Shown here: positions 54,284 through 63,094 of the stretch, piece after piece
Layout: each line of letters begins with the position of its first letter
Position numbering within the stretch: the first letter of the stretch is position 1
NCBI GenBank assembly: GCA_023511915.1
Contig: JAIMAN010000003.1
Coordinates: 1,049-65,048, forward strand
From: Armatimonadota bacterium
Lineage (GTDB): Bacteria; Armatimonadota; Fimbriimonadia; Fimbriimonadales; GBS-DC
DNA: 64,000 nt
Reading direction: 5' to 3'
Made by a program: the position numbers and the translations under genes
Notes under the pieces: generated by a model
Seen by the model: only the letters and a program-made list of their open reading frames with translations
What the model was told of the DNA's origin: nothing
The model's database searches: none

Positions 54284-55819
54284 TCATGACTTCCCCCGTC
54301 GGCGTGCGTTTTTGGCGGGGGCGCGGCTGCTGGCGGGGCGGGTGCGCAACTGCGCCCAAGTGCGCAGTTCCTCAATCTCCTCGCGCATCATCACGGCGAG
54401 CGGCACCGTGTGGCGCACCTCCTCCAGCATGTCGTCTGTCGTGAGTTCGCGTCCTGCGTCGAACGCCGTGAACAGCCCCGCCACGACGACCTGCTCGATT
54501 TCCGCGCCCGAAAAGCCCTCCGTCGCCGCCGCCAGTCGCTTGAGGTCGTAGTGCTGCGGGTTGCGCCCGCGCTTGCGCAGGTGAATCGCGAAAATCTGCT
54601 CGCGCTCCTCGGCAGTCGGCAGGTCAATGAAAAAGATTTCGTCGAAGCGTCCCTTGCGCAGCAGTTCGGGAGGCAGTTGCGACACATCGTTGGCGGTAGC
54701 GACCACAAACACGGGCGCACGCTTGTCCTGCATCCAGGTCAGGAAAGTCGCGAAAACGCGGGCGGTGGTGCCTGAGTCGGAGACGCCCGACCCCTGCACG
54801 CCCGCGAAGCCCTTCTCCAGCTCGTCGATCCACAGGATGCATGGCGCGACGGCTTCGGCGGTGCGGATGGCAGCGCGCATGTTGGCTTCCGACGCGCCGA
54901 CGAGACTGCCGAACACGCGCCCGACATCGAGGCGCAGCATCGGCAGGTTCCAGAGATTCGCGATGGCTTTCGCGCTGAGGCTCTTGCCTGTGCCCTGCAC
55001 GCCGAGCAGCAGCACGCCTTTGGGCGCGGGCAGCCCGAACGCACGCGCCTCTTGGCTCAGCGCGGCGCGCCGCTTGCGCAGCCACTCCTTCAGCAAGTCC
55101 AATCCGCCGACATCCTGCATCGTCTCGCGGGCATCGTAATACTCCAGCACACCCGACTTGCGCACAATCTGCTTCTTTTCGCTCAGAATCGCGTCCACGC
55201 GCAACGCCTTATGCTCCACAATCGAGCGGGCGCACACATTCTCGATTTCGTCCATCGTCAGCCCCTGCGCCGCGCTGACCAGTTCGTCGAGTTCCTGCGG
55301 GGTGAGATCTGTGCGCACCTCGGGCTGGCTTGCTTTCAGCACCAGCAGGATTTCCTGAATCTTGTGGGCGATTTCGTCGCGGCTGGGCAGGGACATCTCC
55401 AGCACGGTGATTTGCTTTTCCAGTTCGGGGGGCAGTTTGAGGACGGGTGCGAGGAAGATGACCGTGCGTCGGGCGCGTTGCAGGCGCGGGTAGAGGTCGC
55501 GCAGCAGGCGGATGACCCGTGTGTCCGAGAGGTAGGGGTGGAAGTCTTTGAGTACGACCAGCGCGTCGTCCTGCAGGCGCAGCAGTTGGGCAATCGCTTC
55601 CAGTTCGGGCGCGAGGGGTCGGCTGGCGGCGGCTTCGGTGGGCGCAGGAATCGGCGGCTCGTACCCGCGCGTGAGCGTCCATACATAGAGCCGCTTGCCC
55701 CGCGCCTGCGCCAGCCGCTTGAGAGTCTCCTCCGCACGCGACTCCTCCGCCGTCTGCAGGTAGATTAGGGGGTAGCACGCGCGGATCAGCACGCCCAACT
55801 CTCGCTCGAAGTCGCTCAT
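54284..55819 (-). CDS. AAA+ ATPase (Ycf46-like)
   Basis: [39 protein letters not shown]. Confidence 0.92.
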   Translation of the reverse strand: MSDFERELGVLIRACYPLIYLQTAEESRAEETLKRLAQARGKRLYVWTLTRGYEPPIPAPTEAAASRPLAPELEAIAQLLRLQDDALVVLKDFHPYLSDTRVIRLLRDLYPRLQRARRTVIFLAPVLKLPPELEKQITVLEMSLPSRDEIAHKIQEILLVLKASQPEVRTDLTPQELDELVSAAQGLTMDEIENVCARSIVEHKALRVDAILSEKKQIVRKSGVLEYYDARETMQDVGGLDLLKEWLRKRRAALSQEARAFGLPAPKGVLLLGVQGTGKSLSAKAIANLWNLPMLRLDVGRVFGSLVGASEANMRAAIRTAEAVAPCILWIDELEKGFAGVQGSGVSDSGTTARVFATFLTWMQDKRAPVFVVATANDVSQLPPELLRKGRFDEIFFIDLPTAEEREQIFAIHLRKRGRNPQHYDLKRLAAATEGFSGAEIEQVVVAGLFTAFDAGRELTTDDMLEEVRHTVPLAVMMREEIEELRTWAQLRTRPASSRAPAKNARRRGKS

Positions 55820-55849
55820 CGCCTTTACTATACCTCACTCGAAGAGATA

Positions 55850-55890
55850 CCCCCCTCTCAGGGGCGAGAGGGGGGCGGCGGAGAGGGGAG
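55850..55890. repeat. GC-rich palindrome related to the CCCTCTC/GAGAGGG repeat family
   Basis: CCCCCCTCTC-aggggc-GAGAGGGGGG hairpin. Confidence 0.5.
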
Positions 55891-55908
55891 CAGGCAGAAG
55901 GGAGATGT

Positions 55909-56406
55909 TTATCTGCGGTTGGGAGGGAGGATGACCTTGTCGATGACATGAATCACGCCGTTCGAGCAGACGATGTCTGCCTTCACGACCTTCGCGTCGT
56001 TGATTCGAACAGTGTTGTTTCGAACACGGATATTGATATTTTGACCCTGCAAGGTCTTTGCAGAGCGCATCTTGGTAACATCGCTTGCCATAACCTTGCC
56101 CTGAACCACATGGTAGAGCAGCACGCGGCGCAAGGCTTCTTTATCCTTGAGCAGGGCGTCTACTTGGCTCTTGGGCAACTTCGCGAAGGCTTCGTCGGTC
56201 GGCGCGAACACGGTGAACGGACCCTCACCGCGCAGTGCATCGACAAGGCCCGCCTCCTGAACGAGTTTCACCAAGGTCTTGAACTGACCAGCGCCTACAG
56301 CGGTATCAACGATATCTTTCTCGGCTCGCTGGCTCATCGCCGAGTAGCCGACGAACGCACTTGCCAACAGCGCTACGGGCAACGCCCACAACAGTCGTTT
56401 CTTCAT
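55909..56406 (-). CDS. fasciclin (FAS1) domain protein
   Basis: Signal peptide, [30 protein letters not shown]. Confidence 0.95.
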   Translation of the reverse strand: MKKRLLWALPVALLASAFVGYSAMSQRAEKDIVDTAVGAGQFKTLVKLVQEAGLVDALRGEGPFTVFAPTDEAFAKLPKSQVDALLKDKEALRRVLLYHVVQGKVMASDVTKMRSAKTLQGQNINIRVRNNTVRINDAKVVKADIVCSNGVIHVIDKVILPPNRR

Positions 56407-56463
56407 AGTCGCCTCCTAATGTTTAGCGTGGCAAAAGATTACCCCCTGCGCGAGCGGGGAGTC

Positions 56464-56479
56464 TGTGATTTGAATCACA
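56464..56479. promoter_or_regulatory. CRP/FNR-family binding site
   Basis: TGTGA-tttgaa-TCACA, centred about 42 nt upstream of the inferred start site (-10 TAATCT at 56436-56441, minus strand). Confidence 0.7.
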
Positions 56480-56490
56480 TTTTGCGCCAA

Positions 56491-57717
56491 TCAGGGTTTT
56501 CGCGCCGCGCCGCTGGTGCGGATTGTGCCTGCGGGCGCGACGGGGAGCGTCCATGCCGCCAGCGCGAGCGCAATCACCAGGTCGTCGTGGACGCCCGACG
56601 CGCCCTCCAGTCGCACGCCGCGCGCGGTCGGCGTCGCCTCAAAGTGGTACAACTCGCGCAGCAGGTCATGGTCGGGCAGCAGTTGCAGGCGTTCCTGTTC
56701 CAGCATCAGCGCGAGGTTCTCGATAAGGCTCTGCTTGAGCGTCTGGGTGAAGGCGACGCCTTCGGCATAGGGGAACTCGCGCTGCAGGCTCTCCAGCAGG
56801 GGGTCGCCGACGCCTGTGCGGTCGCAGAGGATTCGCGCGGGGGCGTGCTGGCGCAACTGCGCTGCGACCGCGCTGACCTGCTCCGCCCACGACAGCCCCT
56901 GCCAGCGGCGGACGGCGAGCAGTTTCGCGCCGTCCCGCGCGCCCTGCAGCACTGCCAGCGCCGTGTAGTCGCGATAGCGCGCCCAGTCCACCCCCGCCAC
57001 AACCAGCCCCGCGTCGGGCAGCCGCAACAGCAGCGCGCGATCCACCCACTCTGTGCGGAACACCTGCCCCTCCGCGTCCAGGAACGCCGCGCCGTACTCG
57101 ATCTGATACTGGCGCTGGGTCATCATGCTGGCTTGCATCTGCAGCACGGTGGGCGAGAGCAGCGGGTTGTGCCACGAGGGGCTGCGCAGGCTCCAGACGC
57201 GGATGCCGTCCTCTTGCCCCTGCAGGTAGTAGCGGTAGAAGTAGTTTTTGCCGCGCGGGGTGGAAATCAGCGCGAGTCGTCCGCCCGTGTCGGCGAGCAT
57301 CGGGGTCAGCACTTCGGCGACGACCGCTTCGGGCACATAAGCCGCCTCGTCGACGACAATCAGGTGCGCCTTGCGCCCGCGTAGGAACATCCCGCCCCGC
57401 GCGGCGGCGCGCGCCCACAGCCGCGCGTCGCCCAGCGCGAGCGTCGGCGCAGGCGTGCGCCGTACCGTCGGACGCGCCCCCGCACGGTGCAGAAACTCCA
57501 GCGCACGCTCGAACCCCAGCATCGCCTGCTCCTGCGACGGCGCGACCAGCAGCACTTGGCGCGGCGCGCCCGTAAGCAGCGCGCGGGCAATCTCCGCCGC
57601 GATGACCTCCGTCTTGCCCCACCGCCTGCCGCACGCCAGCACGCGCACAGGCGCACGACTGCTCAAAAACGCCTGCTGCCCCAGATGCGGACGCCACCCA
57701 GAAAACACGGCAATCAC
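56491..57717 (-). CDS. phage terminase large subunit-like protein (orphan)
   Basis: Walker A GRRWGKT, Walker B LIVVDEAAY, coupling motif ISTPRG, RNase H-like GVDWA..D, DRTGVG, HDDLVIALALA. Confidence 0.9.
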   Translation of the reverse strand: MIAVFSGWRPHLGQQAFLSSRAPVRVLACGRRWGKTEVIAAEIARALLTGAPRQVLLVAPSQEQAMLGFERALEFLHRAGARPTVRRTPAPTLALGDARLWARAAARGGMFLRGRKAHLIVVDEAAYVPEAVVAEVLTPMLADTGGRLALISTPRGKNYFYRYYLQGQEDGIRVWSLRSPSWHNPLLSPTVLQMQASMMTQRQYQIEYGAAFLDAEGQVFRTEWVDRALLLRLPDAGLVVAGVDWARYRDYTALAVLQGARDGAKLLAVRRWQGLSWAEQVSAVAAQLRQHAPARILCDRTGVGDPLLESLQREFPYAEGVAFTQTLKQSLIENLALMLEQERLQLLPDHDLLRELYHFEATPTARGVRLEGASGVHDDLVIALALAAWTLPVAPAGTIRTSGAARKP

Positions 57718-57776
57718 TCCCCCTGCCGATTCCGTCAGCAGGAACCGCTGCAGGCAACCGTGAAATTGGGGGCACG

Positions 57777-58364
57777 ATGTGGATTGCGGGCGTGGACGAG
57801 GCGGGACGCGGACCGATTGCGGGACCTGTGGTCGCGGCGTGCGTGGTGCTGCCCCCGCGCCACACGCTGGCGGGCATCGCCGACAGCAAGCAACTGACCC
57901 CTGCGCAGCGTGAGGCGTTGTACGCGGCGATTACCCAGCGCGCGCTCGCGTGGGCGATTGGGCTTGCCAGCCCGCGCGAAATTGAACGCTACAACATCCT
58001 GCAGGCGAGCCTGCAGGCGATGCGCCGCGCTATACTCGCGCTGCCCATACCCCCCCAGCGCGTGCTGGTGGACGGCAAGCACGCGATACCGAACCTACCG
58101 TTGCCCCAGCAGGCGGTGGTGGGCGGCGACGCGCTTGAGGAGAGCATCGCCGCCGCGTCGATTCTGGCGAAGGTCGCCCGCGACCGCATCATGCGCGAGT
58201 TAGACCGCCTGTATCCGCAGTACGGCTTCGCGCAGCACAAGGGCTACCCGACCCCGCTGCACCTGACGCGGCTGCAGATGTACGGGGCGTGCCCTGCGCA
58301 TCGGCGCACCTACGCGCCCGTCGCGCAACTGCGCCTACTCGCAGCCGCTGCCGAAGTTGAATAG
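57777..58364 (+). CDS. rnhB: ribonuclease HII
   Basis: GVDEAGRGPIAGPV, DSK, IAAASILAKV, HKGYPT. Confidence 0.96.
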   Translation: MWIAGVDEAGRGPIAGPVVAACVVLPPRHTLAGIADSKQLTPAQREALYAAITQRALAWAIGLASPREIERYNILQASLQAMRRAILALPIPPQRVLVDGKHAIPNLPLPQQAVVGGDALEESIAAASILAKVARDRIMRELDRLYPQYGFAQHKGYPTPLHLTRLQMYGACPAHRRTYAPVAQLRLLAAAAEVE

Positions 58365-59357
58365 CACAATCAGCAAGTCGGCGTCGTCCACTGCATTATC
58401 GCCGTTCAGGTCTTCGGGCAAGCCCGAACCTGACTGCCCAAAGACGAACAACACACGCAGCAAGTCGGCGTCGTCCACACAGCGGTCGCGGTTCACATCA
58501 CCAGGCTGGATCTCGTAGAGTTCGATGTATTGAAAGTTCCCTGGGCTAAAGATGGTTTGCACCGTGTTGGCGGGGTTGGGCGCGTTCGGGTCGAATACCT
58601 TCACCCCTGCGCCGTCCGTGAACAGAATCAGCCCGTTCTCCAGTTCGTACGCGCCGCGCGGACCCGTGCTGACCGCATAATACGCCACTTGGTTGCCTGC
58701 GGCGTCGAACTCGTAGATGCCTGCAGGGGGGCTAAAGCACGCCACGAGCAGGTTGCCGTTCGAGCGGCGCGTGATTTGCTGCGGGAAGCGGATGGTCGTA
58801 CCGCCCCACTGCCCAAAAAACGCGCCGTTCAGGTCAAACCGCCGTATCAGTCCTGGATTGTTGGAGTTGCTGACGAGCATGTCGTTCTCGCGGAAATAGA
58901 TGGCGAATGGGCTGCTGAGGTTCGCACCGATGAAGGTCTCCTGACCCGTGCCGTCCAGATTGAACCGCTGGATGGTGTTTTGTAAGGAGCCAGAACCGAC
59001 CGTCACATAGAGTTTGCCCGCGCGGATCGCCATTCCGCGGATGTTGTCGATGGCGTTGTTGGTGATGTTCGCGATGGTGCGGATGTAGTTGCCGAAGCCG
59101 TCGAACTCGTGGATGGCGTCAGTTACCTGGTCAGACACGAGGATTGTGCCTGATGGGGTCGGCAGTGCGTGCTTAGGCGATGCGAACAGGGTCGTGTTGG
59201 TCGGGATAAAGTTCGCGTTGATGAGGCTGCCGTCGACGGGGCTGAATGCACACACGCGGTCGTTCGTCCAATCGGGAATCAGCAGGAACGACTGCTGCGC
59301 CTGCCCGAGTACGCCAATCGCCAAACCAAAAGCCAAAAGAGTCGCTAGGCGTATCAT
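58335..59357 (-). CDS. secreted beta-propeller protein with a C-terminal dockerin-like duplicated Ca-binding motif
   Basis: Signal peptide, NHL/SMP30-like repeats, GDVNRDRCVDDADLL...EDLNGDNAVDDADLL. Confidence 0.8.
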   Translation of the reverse strand: MIRLATLLAFGLAIGVLGQAQQSFLLIPDWTNDRVCAFSPVDGSLINANFIPTNTTLFASPKHALPTPSGTILVSDQVTDAIHEFDGFGNYIRTIANITNNAIDNIRGMAIRAGKLYVTVGSGSLQNTIQRFNLDGTGQETFIGANLSSPFAIYFRENDMLVSNSNNPGLIRRFDLNGAFFGQWGGTTIRFPQQITRRSNGNLLVACFSPPAGIYEFDAAGNQVAYYAVSTGPRGAYELENGLILFTDGAGVKVFDPNAPNPANTVQTIFSPGNFQYIELYEIQPGDVNRDRCVDDADLLRVLFVFGQSGSGLPEDLNGDNAVDDADLLIVLFNFGSGCE

Positions 59358-59414
59358 CCTTTCAGACCTCCAGCGTATTATAGCACATTTGGCACAATAG
59401 GGGGTGCAGCAGGA

Positions 59415-60671
59415 TTAGTCCCACGGGATGGTCAGAAGTTCCTTCCAGAAGGGGTTGCGTCGGTAAGTGTAGTCGCACAGGATGCAGCTCAGAATGTTGC
59501 GCTGTTCGGAGAGCGGGATCGTGTCTGCCACCCCCAACGCCAGCGCAGGCTCGCCGCAGAAGGCAGCAGCGCATCCAATCTCGATGGTTGTACCGACGGG
59601 CGTTAGGTGTTTGAGCGCGATTCTGCGGGCGACCCCTTGCCCTTCTGTGCGGGCGCGCTCCAAGTGTTGGCGCGCCTGTGCCTGCTGCCCGATTGTGTAG
59701 TGCGCATACGCCAAGTTCAGTCGCTGGCGCAGACTGTTCTCGGGCGTCATTGCGGCAATCAACCTCTCCGCCCTCTCTGGAAGCCCCCACTCCGTATACG
59801 CCCGCGTCAACAGGAATATCGTGTTGTACGACGACTTGAACACCACTTCTACCTCCCCGTAGGGAGTGGAGACGCGGATGGAATCGGAGATTCGAACAGG
59901 GAGGTGTCCTTTGGCGGCGGCATGCTGGAGCAGGCGGGCGCGGAGCGCGTCGGTGAAGGTTCGGGCATCCTGCGTGCGTCCCTGACGATGCAGCGCACGG
60001 GCGATTCGAACGATTCGATAGTCTTCCCACTTGCCCACACGCGCCAACTCCTTCAGCCCTGCTTCCACTTGTCCCTGCTCAATCAGCGTGCGCACGAGTT
60101 GCTCTTGCATAGCGCGTCGCTCGCTCAGCGGAGCGATGCGTATCAACTCGCGTATTGGCTCGGCGTCGCCGCGCCGACGATAGGCGTTGCTTATCTCCCA
60201 GAACGCGACCCTGCGCAACAAGTCTTCAGGCAGGTTCCCAACAAACTGTGCGACGGCTTCGGGGCGATCTGGGAGCGACGAGTAGCGTGCCATCAGAGCC
60301 AGTGCGGTCGCTTGATAGAAGCGGTAAACAGGCTCAGAAGGGCGCGTAAGTAGAGCCGTCGCTTGGTCAAAGCTTTGTTGGGCGGCGTCCGACTGCCCTG
60401 CTTCCGCGTAAAGCCGCCCTAAATGCGCCCGCGCGAACGCTTTGATGGTATCCGTGCGCTTGGAACGCGCCAGCACTTGCTCAATCAGCCACTCCACCTG
60501 CTCGGTCTCGCTCATTTGGGCGAAGCGTTGCGCGTCCAGCGGTTCAAGGCGCACCGCGTTGCGCGAACCCCACCACCAACAGCCCCAGCAGCCCAATCCA
60601 GCGGCGCATGTCGCTCCTCCGTCAATCTGGGTGTGTGTTTCGCCATGCGTCAGGGCGTTCCTGCCGCTCAC
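59415..60671 (-). CDS. hypothetical TPR-like helical protein
   Basis: Repeated helical A...A..G motifs; start uncertain. Confidence 0.6.
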   Translation of the reverse strand: MSGRNALTHGETHTQIDGGATCAAGLGCWGCWWWGSRNAVRLEPLDAQRFAQMSETEQVEWLIEQVLARSKRTDTIKAFARAHLGRLYAEAGQSDAAQQSFDQATALLTRPSEPVYRFYQATALALMARYSSLPDRPEAVAQFVGNLPEDLLRRVAFWEISNAYRRRGDAEPIRELIRIAPLSERRAMQEQLVRTLIEQGQVEAGLKELARVGKWEDYRIVRIARALHRQGRTQDARTFTDALRARLLQHAAAKGHLPVRISDSIRVSTPYGEVEVVFKSSYNTIFLLTRAYTEWGLPERAERLIAAMTPENSLRQRLNLAYAHYTIGQQAQARQHLERARTEGQGVARRIALKHLTPVGTTIEIGCAAAFCGEPALALGVADTIPLSEQRNILSCILCDYTYRRNPFWKELLTIPWD

Positions 60672-63085
60672 AACAGGTGCATCGGGTCGATGTCAATGCG
60701 CAGGCGGGCGCGTGCGTCGGGTGTGAGCGTCGCCAGCGCGGGGGCGAGCAGGTCGGCAGGCTCGGCGTCGGGCGCGCACTTGAGCAGCAAGTGGTATCGA
60801 TACTGCCCCTGCAGGCGTTCCAGCGGCGCGGGCGCGGGTCCCAGCATTTGGAGCAGTTGCCCCCCGATATGGGGCGCGAGCGCGTCGGCGAGTTGCTGCA
60901 GCGGCTGCTCGGCGAGCGGTGGGGTCGCATGCTGGCTCTGTATGCTTGCCAAGCGCACGAACGGCGGGTAGCCGACCTCACGGCGCAACGCGAGTTCCTG
61001 CCTGTAGAACGCCTCGTAGTCTTGGCGCAGGGCGCACTGAATCGCGGGGTGGTCGGGGTTGTAGGTCTGAATCAGGGCGCGCCCGCGCTGCTCGCGCCTG
61101 CCCGCGCGCCCAATCACCTGCGTCAGCAGTTGGAACACGCGCTCGCTGGCGCGAAAGTCGGGCAGGTACAGCCCCGTGTCCGCGCTAATCACCCCGACCA
61201 GCGTCACGCGCGGGAAGTCCAGCCCGCGCGCCGCCATCTGCGTGCCAATCAACACCTGCAGATTGCCCGCGCGGAAGTCCGACAGAATCTGCAGGTACTG
61301 CCCCCGCCGCTGGAAGGCGTCGCGATCGAGCCGCGCCACCCGCACATCGGGCAGCAGTTCGCGCAGGGTCGCCTCCACGCGCTGCGCGCCCACACCGAAG
61401 GGACGAATCTCCAAGCCGCCGCACTGCGGACACACCGTCGGCGGATGCTCGCGATGCCCGCAATGGTGGCACAGCAAAAACGGCGTCGCCCCGCGATGGT
61501 ACACCAGCGACACGGAGCAGTTCGGGCACATCGGCGTGTAGCCGCACTCGCGACACAGGAGCATCGGCGCGAAGCCCCGTCGGTTCAGGAACAGAATCGC
61601 CTGATTGCCCGCTGCGAGCGTCTCGTGCAGCGCGTCCAGCAGTTCGGGGCTAATCGGCTGGAACGGTCTGCCGCGCAGGTCAATCAAGTGCGTTTCGGGC
61701 AGCGTCGCGCCGCCGACCCGTTCGGGCAAGTCCAGTCGGCGCAGGCGTCCCATCTCGGCGCGGTGGAAGGTCTCCAGCGCAGGTGTGGCGGAGCCGAGCA
61801 GCAATATGGCGTTCGCGTCGCGGGCGCGCGCCTCCGCCAGCGTGCGAGCGTGGTAGGTCGGCGCGGTGGACTGCTTGTAGGCGGTCTCGTGTTCCTCGTC
61901 GATGATGATTAGCCCGATGTTCGGCAGCGGGGCGAAGCCGGCGGAGCGTGCGCCAATCACAATCGGCGCGTCGCCCTGCTTGATGCGCAGCCACTGGGCG
62001 TACCGTTCAGCGGGGCTAAGTTGGCTGTGTAGGATGGCGATGCTCGCGCCGAAGCGTTCGCGGAACGCCTGCGTCAGTTGCGCGGTGAGCGCGATTTCGG
62101 GCGCGAGGAACAGCACGCCCCGCCCTGTGCGCAGGCACTCGGCGGCGGCGCGCAGGTAGACCTCCGTCTTGCCGCTGCCCGTGACGCCGTAGAGCAGGAA
62201 CGCCTGAAACGCGCCGTGCTGGATGGCGTCGCGCAGTGCGTCTACGGCGCGCTGCTGCGCGGGTGTAAGCGTCGGCGGGGGCGCACTGGGCGGGATTGGC
62301 TCTGCATCGGGGGCGACTTGGCGTGTCAGCCCGCGCGATTCCAGCGCGCGCAGCGTTGTAAGGCTCGCGCCTGTCGCCTCCAGCAGGGCGCGGCGGGGCA
62401 GCCTGCCGTCGGGATGCTCCAGTAGGTGCAGCAGCAGGCGCGCTTGGGCGGGGGCGCGGGCGGCTTCCGTCGCGAAAAACGCCTCCAGCGCGTCGGGCGA
62501 CGCGCACAGTTTCACCCACGGCTCGGCGCGGGGTGGTGGGGTCGGCGGGGCAAGCTCGTACACCGTGCGCACGCAGCCCTTCTCGCGCAGCCCGCGCAGC
62601 CCAGGCTGCCAAATCGCCGCTGCGAGTTCGCGCTTGAGCGTGGCGAGGCTCACGCGCCCCCCATGTCGCTGGATGGCTTCGGCGGTCATCCGCTGTGCCT
62701 GTGAGCGCAACGGCGGCGCGGGCGCAACGAGTTCAATCACGGCGCGCAGCCGATAGCGCGTCGCTGTGGGCAGCACGGTCTGCGCCGCCTGTGCAGGCGA
62801 ACACAGCAGCGTGCGCTCCATCAGGCGCATCAGCCGCAGCAACGGCTCATCCAGCAGCGGCTGCGCCAACACCGACTCGATGGGCTGCAGGGGATAGCCC
62901 AGCGTACTGGGGTCGTCCAGCGTGTAGACGCGCAGCACCAGCCCCAACACGAGGCGATTCCGCAGGGGAACCAGCACGCCTGCGCCAGGCTGGGGCGTGC
63001 TCGGAAACGAGTTAGGCACAGCGTAGGTCAGCGTCTGGTATGCCAGACCGCCGCCCGTGAGAAGCAAAACCTCTGCAACGGTCAT
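60668..63085 (-). CDS. priA: primosomal protein N'
   Basis: GVTGSGKTEVY, IIDEEHE, SATP, four CxxC pairs, GRAGR. Confidence 0.97.
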   Translation of the reverse strand: MTVAEVLLLTGGGLAYQTLTYAVPNSFPSTPQPGAGVLVPLRNRLVLGLVLRVYTLDDPSTLGYPLQPIESVLAQPLLDEPLLRLMRLMERTLLCSPAQAAQTVLPTATRYRLRAVIELVAPAPPLRSQAQRMTAEAIQRHGGRVSLATLKRELAAAIWQPGLRGLREKGCVRTVYELAPPTPPPRAEPWVKLCASPDALEAFFATEAARAPAQARLLLHLLEHPDGRLPRRALLEATGASLTTLRALESRGLTRQVAPDAEPIPPSAPPPTLTPAQQRAVDALRDAIQHGAFQAFLLYGVTGSGKTEVYLRAAAECLRTGRGVLFLAPEIALTAQLTQAFRERFGASIAILHSQLSPAERYAQWLRIKQGDAPIVIGARSAGFAPLPNIGLIIIDEEHETAYKQSTAPTYHARTLAEARARDANAILLLGSATPALETFHRAEMGRLRRLDLPERVGGATLPETHLIDLRGRPFQPISPELLDALHETLAAGNQAILFLNRRGFAPMLLCRECGYTPMCPNCSVSLVYHRGATPFLLCHHCGHREHPPTVCPQCGGLEIRPFGVGAQRVEATLRELLPDVRVARLDRDAFQRRGQYLQILSDFRAGNLQVLIGTQMAARGLDFPRVTLVGVISADTGLYLPDFRASERVFQLLTQVIGRAGRREQRGRALIQTYNPDHPAIQCALRQDYEAFYRQELALRREVGYPPFVRLASIQSQHATPPLAEQPLQQLADALAPHIGGQLLQMLGPAPAPLERLQGQYRYHLLLKCAPDAEPADLLAPALATLTPDARARLRIDIDPMHLL

Positions 63086-63094
63086 TCGGAAGGG

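Noticed and set aside
55948-57384. 478-aa plus-strand ORF opposite the terminase and fasciclin genes (and similar ones at 23870-25324 and 60608-61912)
   Set aside because: No recognisable motifs; composition typical of antisense shadow ORFs
54284-58364. Prophage around the terminase
   Set aside because: Neighbours are cellular genes (AAA ATPase, fasciclin, rnhB); no other virion genes
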